Source: an uncultured Chloroflexia bacterium
GTDB lineage: Bacteria > Chloroflexota > Limnocylindria > Limnocylindrales > CSP1-4
Direction: 5' to 3'
NCBI GenBank assembly: GCA_963768655.1
Contig: CAVYIM010000004.1
Location: 544,001 to 608,000 of the forward strand
Length of the DNA stretch: 64,000 bases
Shown here: piece by piece, positions 59,032-64,000 of the stretch
Layout: every line of letters starts with the position of its first letter
Numbering within the stretch: position 1 is the stretch's first letter
Position numbers and translations under genes: made by a program
Notes under the pieces: model-generated
Told to the model about the DNA's origin: nothing
Database searches by the model: none
What the model saw: only the letters and a program-made list of their open reading frames with translations

Positions 59032-60160
59032 GGCGGAGGCTGGGGCGTCCGAGGGCCGGGTTGCGTATCTGGACCTGGCGTCGGCTCACCGCGAGATCCA
59101 GCCCGAATTGGACGAGGTCGTGCACCGCGTCATCGCCCGCGGCTGGTTCGTGCTGGGGCCGGAGGTAGAGGCCTTCGAAGCCGAGTGGGCGGCCTACGTG
59201 GGCACGCGCGGCTGCGTGGGCGTCGGCAACGGCCTGGACGCGCTGACCCTGGCCCTGCGGGCAATGGATGTTGGGCCCGGGGACGAGGTGATCGTGCCCG
59301 GGCATACGTACGTGGCAACCTGGCTGGCGGTCAGCGCGGTCGGCGCGCGACCGGTGCCGGTGGACGTCGATCCGTGCACCTACGCGCTGGACCCGAGTCT
59401 GATCGAGGCGGCCATAACGGAACACACGCGGGTCGTTCTGCCGGTCCATCTGTATGGCCAGACCGCCGCCATGGACGAGATCATGGCGATCGCCCGGCGC
59501 CACGGCCTGCGCGTCCTGGAGGACGCCGCCCAGTCGCACGGCGCCCGCTATGGCGGAAGGCGTGCCGGCTCGTTGGGCGATGCCGCCGCGTGGAGCTTCT
59601 ACCCATCCAAGAACCTGGGCGCCCTGGGCGACGCCGGCGCCGTCACCAGCGACGACCCGGCGCTGCTCGAGCGCGTCAGGATGCTGCGGAACTACGGTTC
59701 GAGGCGGCGCAATCTCCATGAGATCGCGGGCGTCAACTCGCGCCTGGACGAGATCCAGGCCGCGGTCCTGCGGGTCAAGCTGCAACACCTCGACGAGTGG
59801 AACTCCCGCCGCGTTGGCGTCGCAGCCGCGTACCTGGAGGGACTGCGAGGCTCGGGCCTGGCCCTGCCCCAGGTGGCTTTCAACTGTGACCACGTCTGGC
59901 ACCTCTTCGTGGTCCGTCATCCCCGACGAGAGCGGTTGCGTGAGGCGTTGACGGCCGACGGTATCGAGACGCTGATCCATTACCCGACGCCGCCCCACCG
60001 GCAAGATGTGTACGCCGGCCTCGGCGTCCCCGCGGGCGCACTGGCCGTCAGCGAAGCGATCGCCCGAGAGGTCGTCAGCCTGCCCATGGGCCCGCAACTG
60101 ACCGCGGAGCAGGTTGCCCGCGTCGTCGAGTCCGTCCGGGGTGCGGCGGCCGGTCTCTGA
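59024..60160 (+). CDS. fdtB: DegT/DnrJ/EryC1 aminotransferase (FdtB/QdtB-like)
   Basis: [49 protein letters not shown]. Confidence 0.9.
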   Translation: MARAEAGASEGRVAYLDLASAHREIQPELDEVVHRVIARGWFVLGPEVEAFEAEWAAYVGTRGCVGVGNGLDALTLALRAMDVGPGDEVIVPGHTYVATWLAVSAVGARPVPVDVDPCTYALDPSLIEAAITEHTRVVLPVHLYGQTAAMDEIMAIARRHGLRVLEDAAQSHGARYGGRRAGSLGDAAAWSFYPSKNLGALGDAGAVTSDDPALLERVRMLRNYGSRRRNLHEIAGVNSRLDEIQAAVLRVKLQHLDEWNSRRVGVAAAYLEGLRGSGLALPQVAFNCDHVWHLFVVRHPRRERLREALTADGIETLIHYPTPPHRQDVYAGLGVPAGALAVSEAIAREVVSLPMGPQLTAEQVARVVESVRGAAAGL

Positions 60161-60219
60161 GCCGTAACGATCCGGCGAGGCGGGCGACCGAGCTTACGGC
60201 GCGGCAGCGAGCAGTCGGC

Positions 60220-61557
60220 TCAGGCCCCGCGTTTCTTCTTGAGGCGAGCTGAGTAGAGACCCTCGGGGTCGGCCAGGACGACCTTGGTCGGCAGCTTGAA
60301 CGCGGCAAGGGTCTGGCCGCACGACTTCCGGATGCGCTGCTTCAGGGAGGCCGCCGACTCGGGCGCGATGGTGGCGACCCTGGCGACGACGATCTGACCG
60401 AGCAGGGGATTGGCCTCGCCGTAGACGGCGACATCGCCGATGTTGTCGAGCTCGAGGATCGCCTGCTCGACCTCGGCGGGGTAGACTTTCTGGCCGGCGA
60501 TGTTGATGAGGTCGCTGTCGCGGCCCAGGATGCGAAGCCAGTCGCCGTCCACCTCGACGAGATCCTGAGTGTTGAACCAGCCTTCGGCGTCGAACGGATC
60601 GGGTGCGTTGAGGTATCCGGCCATCGCGTAGTCCGACTTGATCCAGAGGACCCCATCGACGACCTTGGTCTGGAAGCCGTCGCCCCCGACCCTTACCCAC
60701 AGAGATCCGTCTTCGCGGGACTTGGAACGCAGCACCCCCAGTTCCGTCAGGCCGTACGTCTGTTGAAGCAGGACGCGCGGGAAGGCGCGGCGCACCCGAT
60801 CCAGCGTCTGCTGCGGCATCACCTCCGTACCGTAGGTGATCTTCGTCAGCGAACTGAGATCGAAACGCTCCAGCGCGTCCGATCGCACAAGCATATTCAG
60901 GAAGGAAGGCGTCGTCGGCAGAACCTCGACGTGATAGTCCTGAATGGCTCGACATATGCTCACGACGGAACGATCGCGGACGGTGACCACCGTCCCCATG
61001 CCGCCGAGGATGGAGAAGATCGTGTTGATACCTCCGAAGTGGTCGAGCATCAGGAACGCGATCGCCACGATCCGGGGGCCGGGCCTGCGGAACTTCTCGA
61101 CCACGAGTCGCATGTCGTGAAGGATGGCTTTGGGCTTGCCGGTCGAACCGGACGAGAAGAGGATGAGCCCGGGATCGCCCGAGGACCGAAGCTCGAGAAG
61201 AAGCGAGTTCGATGGCTGCGTCGCCGTCCGGCTGAAACTCGCGTCGTTGGAAGTGAAGTCGATCACCCACTCCGCCTCCGACAGCCCGAGGATGGTGTCG
61301 CGCTCCACGACCGACTCGCGGGTGACTGGCACGACTATGTTGCCGTTCCGCATCAGGGCCAGCACCAGACAGAAGAGCTCCGGAGAGTAGTCGCCGAGGA
61401 CCGCGGCGATGTCTCCCGACGCCACGCCCTCCCGGCGAAGACGTTGCTCGAATGCTCTCGTGGTCGCGATCACCTGGCCGTACGAGAAGCTCCGGTCCCG
61501 ATCGAGGAACGCGACCGCATCCGGGACTGCCGCGAATCGCTCGAACAGGAAGTCCAC
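60220..61557 (-). CDS. AMP-dependent acyl-CoA/acyl-ACP ligase
   Basis: FSSGSTGKPK, TYGLTE, WFNTQD, GQKVYPAEVE. Confidence 0.9.
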   Translation of the reverse strand: MDFLFERFAAVPDAVAFLDRDRSFSYGQVIATTRAFEQRLRREGVASGDIAAVLGDYSPELFCLVLALMRNGNIVVPVTRESVVERDTILGLSEAEWVIDFTSNDASFSRTATQPSNSLLLELRSSGDPGLILFSSGSTGKPKAILHDMRLVVEKFRRPGPRIVAIAFLMLDHFGGINTIFSILGGMGTVVTVRDRSVVSICRAIQDYHVEVLPTTPSFLNMLVRSDALERFDLSSLTKITYGTEVMPQQTLDRVRRAFPRVLLQQTYGLTELGVLRSKSREDGSLWVRVGGDGFQTKVVDGVLWIKSDYAMAGYLNAPDPFDAEGWFNTQDLVEVDGDWLRILGRDSDLINIAGQKVYPAEVEQAILELDNIGDVAVYGEANPLLGQIVVARVATIAPESAASLKQRIRKSCGQTLAAFKLPTKVVLADPEGLYSARLKKKRGA

Positions 61558-61592
61558 GCCGTTACCTCACGCAACTACTGCGAAACACTCGC

Positions 61593-62621
61593 CTACAACT
61601 CCACGATCGCCGTCGCCCATGACATGCCGACGCCGAACCCGGAGAGAAGGACGCGATCACCCGACTTGATACGTCCAAGATCCATCGCCTCTCGGATGGC
61701 GATTGGTATGGACGCAGAGACGGTGTTGCCGACATCGCGAAGGTTTGAGAAGGACTTCTCGGCGGGAATGTGCAGACGAGCGTTCAGGGCATCCAAAGCC
61801 ATCTTGCTTGCCTGGTGGAAGATCACAAGGTCGATGTCATCCATGGTCATCTGCATGCGTTCCAGCAGCGACCTGACCTGTCGCGGGACGGTCGCATTCA
61901 CGACCGACATGACGCCCGCGCCGTTCATGTGGATATTCTCCAGAGAGCGCAGGTTCCCGCCGCCGTCGGGTTGGGCGATGGCAGTGTCCGGCGTGTGGGG
62001 CATCCGACATCCCCCGGCGGGGATGATGAAGTTCCGGTGTTCCTTGCCCGAGGTCGCATACTGGATCCCAACCAACCCGCGGGTCGAGCCGGATGACGTG
62101 ATCCACGTCGCGGCCGCGCCATCGCCGAACAATGCCCGAGCTGAACGATCCCTTGGATTGATGTACTTCGAATACGTGTCGGCCGTGACGAGGAGCACGT
62201 TGGTCGCGGCATCGCTTGCCAGGAGAGATTGGGCCAGTCCCAAGCCGTAGACGAAGCCTGAGCACCCCAGGTTGAAGTCGATCGCAAAGACATTCTCGGG
62301 CAGACCCAGGAAGCCATGCAGGAGACTCGAATTCGGAGGCATTACGTAGTCGCCACTCTGCGTGCAGAAAAGGATGGCGTCTATCCGCTCGTGAGCCTCC
62401 GGATGCTCCTGAAACAGTGCCTCGCAAGCGCCGCAGGCGAGGTCGAACGCAGTTTCGTCGTCGCGGGCAATGTGCCGCCTGGCGACGCCCGTGCGCGCCG
62501 TGACGTTGTCCATGTTCCACCCCGGATTGTCTGCGCTCAAGTCTTCGTTCGTCAGGACAAGCTCGGGCAGAACGTAGGTGATGCCGCGAATATCGGCTCT
62601 GGCGACGGCGGCAACGCTCAA
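61593..62621 (-). CDS. FabH-like 3-oxoacyl-ACP synthase III
   Basis: Catalytic triad NLGCSG, FHQAS, GNTVSAS; LFGDGAAA; GFGVGMSW. Confidence 0.92.
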   Translation of the reverse strand: MSVAAVARADIRGITYVLPELVLTNEDLSADNPGWNMDNVTARTGVARRHIARDDETAFDLACGACEALFQEHPEAHERIDAILFCTQSGDYVMPPNSSLLHGFLGLPENVFAIDFNLGCSGFVYGLGLAQSLLASDAATNVLLVTADTYSKYINPRDRSARALFGDGAAATWITSSGSTRGLVGIQYATSGKEHRNFIIPAGGCRMPHTPDTAIAQPDGGGNLRSLENIHMNGAGVMSVVNATVPRQVRSLLERMQMTMDDIDLVIFHQASKMALDALNARLHIPAEKSFSNLRDVGNTVSASIPIAIREAMDLGRIKSGDRVLLSGFGVGMSWATAIVEL

Positions 62622-63289
62622 CTCAACACCGCATCTGACAGTCCCAGGATGCGCCGCAACGGCACATTGGATCGTTTGATCTCACCGAAGGCAGCGGCTC
62701 CGCCGTGACCGGGGTAGATGAAGGCATCCTCGGGCAACGCGTCCCAGAGTCTCCGCACGGAGGCCACGAGCTGTTCCCGATTCTCGCCCGGCAGCGAGCC
62801 GAACCACACGTCGTGACGAAAGACCGTGTCTCCCGTGAATGCATCCCCATTGAACAGCAGGACAGTGCTGCCGGGGGTGTGCCCGGGGACATGAAGGACG
62901 TCGACACGGTCAGGCCCAGCCACCCACGAGAACCCCTCGCCAACAACGACATAATCCTCGGGCACCACGATCCTATATGGGTACTTGAGAGCGGCCAGCA
63001 GGAAGTTGGACGACCGCGCCGTCCTGATGTCGGCATCATGCAGGTGCAGCGGGATCGAATGCTTCCGCTGGAAGTGCTCGGCGCTGCCCAGGTGGTCGAA
63101 ATGGCCGTGTGTACAGAAGATCGCCCGAGGAACAAGTTTCAGCTCATCGAGGCTGGCCTCGATTGCCTCACGGTCCAGGCCGGGGTCGACGAGGACGCAC
63201 TCTCCGGGCGTACTCATCGGGCAAATGTAGGTGTTCGCCAGGAACTCCCTGTTCGTGACACGGGTGATTGTCGCCGCGGGAGCATTCAC
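62618..63289 (-). CDS. MBL-fold metallo-hydrolase (glyoxalase II-like)
   Basis: THGHFDH, PGHTPGS, FTGD, YPGHG. Confidence 0.9.
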   Translation of the reverse strand: MNAPAATITRVTNREFLANTYICPMSTPGECVLVDPGLDREAIEASLDELKLVPRAIFCTHGHFDHLGSAEHFQRKHSIPLHLHDADIRTARSSNFLLAALKYPYRIVVPEDYVVVGEGFSWVAGPDRVDVLHVPGHTPGSTVLLFNGDAFTGDTVFRHDVWFGSLPGENREQLVASVRRLWDALPEDAFIYPGHGGAAAFGEIKRSNVPLRRILGLSDAVLS

Positions 63290-64000
63290 CCATGCACCCC
63301 GCCGAGGAATACTGTCTGGGCCGTGATGTAGGAACTCTGAGGAGATGCGAAGAAGTCAATCACGTTGAACACATCGTCCGGAACTGCCAAACGTGGAATT
63401 GGCATGCCGGCGATGACCTCGTCCACTTTCTCGCGCGGCAGCTGACGAAGCATGTCGGTGTCGATCGCGGACACGGCGAGCGTGTTGACGGTGACTCCGA
63501 AGCCGGCGAACTCCTTCGCCAGAACGGCAGCGAGAGTCATCGATCCGGCCTTTGTCGCGGCATAGACGGAATCGCCGATCGGCTCGAGCGTCGATGCCAT
63601 GGAGCCGATGTTGATGATCCGTCCATACTTGCGCTTCCGCATGAGCTTGGCCGCCTCGCGCGACACGTAGAACGTCCCGAGGAGGTTGGTGCGCAGCATC
63701 TCCTCCGCTCGAGGGGCCGGCAAGAGCATGGCATGGATCGATGTGAGGACCGCGGCGTTGTTTATGAGGATGTCGACTCTGCCATGGGCGCGAGCTATCG
63801 CGACGAACGCTGCCCTGACGGCGAGATCGTCGCCGACGTCGACGTTGTAGTGGCTGTAGTTCCCGTGTGCGATCGACGAGTCGCCTCTGCTGAAGCCGAT
63901 GACCTGAGCGCCCTGATCAAGGAAGTGGTCCGTCAGCAGCCGTCCCAGGCCCTTCCGGGCTCCAGTGACGACTGCAACTCTTCCGGCGTACTTAGGGTCG
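63286..64000 (-). CDS. SDR oxidoreductase (FabG-like), 5' end beyond the window
   Basis: Open frame from the edge: VVTGARKGLG, INNAA, YAATK. Confidence 0.9.
   Translation of the reverse strand, partial: DPKYAGRVAVVTGARKGLGRLLTDHFLDQGAQVIGFSRGDSSIAHGNYSHYNVDVGDDLAVRAAFVAIARAHGRVDILINNAAVLTSIHAMLLPAPRAEEMLRTNLLGTFYVSREAAKLMRKRKYGRIINIGSMASTLEPIGDSVYAATKAGSMTLAAVLAKEFAGFGVTVNTLAVSAIDTDMLRQLPREKVDEVIAGMPIPRLAVPDDVFNVIDFFASPQSSYITAQTVFLGGVHG

Overview
GC-rich bacterial chromosome segment with no rRNA, tRNA, CRISPR array or intact mobile element that I can support. The gene content suggests a monoderm terrabacterium, plausibly Chloroflexota such as Limnocylindria (inference only): an F420-dependent reductase, apparently leaderless genes, an RND pump without MFP or outer-membrane partners, and flagellar genes without P/L rings but with FlbD, FliW and CsrA. 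Layout: 1-3 kb, a variable patch of lipoproteins and paralogous membrane proteins with a dispersed 60-bp repeat. 3-8 kb, a KdpDE-like two-component system divergent from a KimA/YdaO-like transporter. 8-30 kb, housekeeping, transport and sugar genes plus a chemoreceptor. 30.8-56.4 kb, a large flagellar cluster: LuxR-type regulator, flbD, motAB, fliLMNOPQR, flhBA, fliA, flgF/G, galM, flgMNKL, fliW, csrA, GT, fliC, fliT-like, fliD, fliS. 56.5-64 kb, a probable flagellin glycosylation/acylation island. Main observations: (1) a chemoreceptor with a circularly permuted RbsB-type sugar-binding domain spliced between its HAMP and signalling domains on the cytoplasmic side; (2) two flagellar-locus glycosyltransferases, each with an inserted C-x2-C-x12-H-x5-H zinc-finger-like motif; (3) a domain shared by FlgK and the flagellin variable region; (4) a sigma-28-type promoter motif that also precedes an orphan gene 15 kb outside the cluster; (5) an atypical LuxR regulator heading the motor/export operon. 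Four separate +1 frameshifts in short homopolymers, including the apparent FlgL-FliW fusion, are probably sequencing errors.
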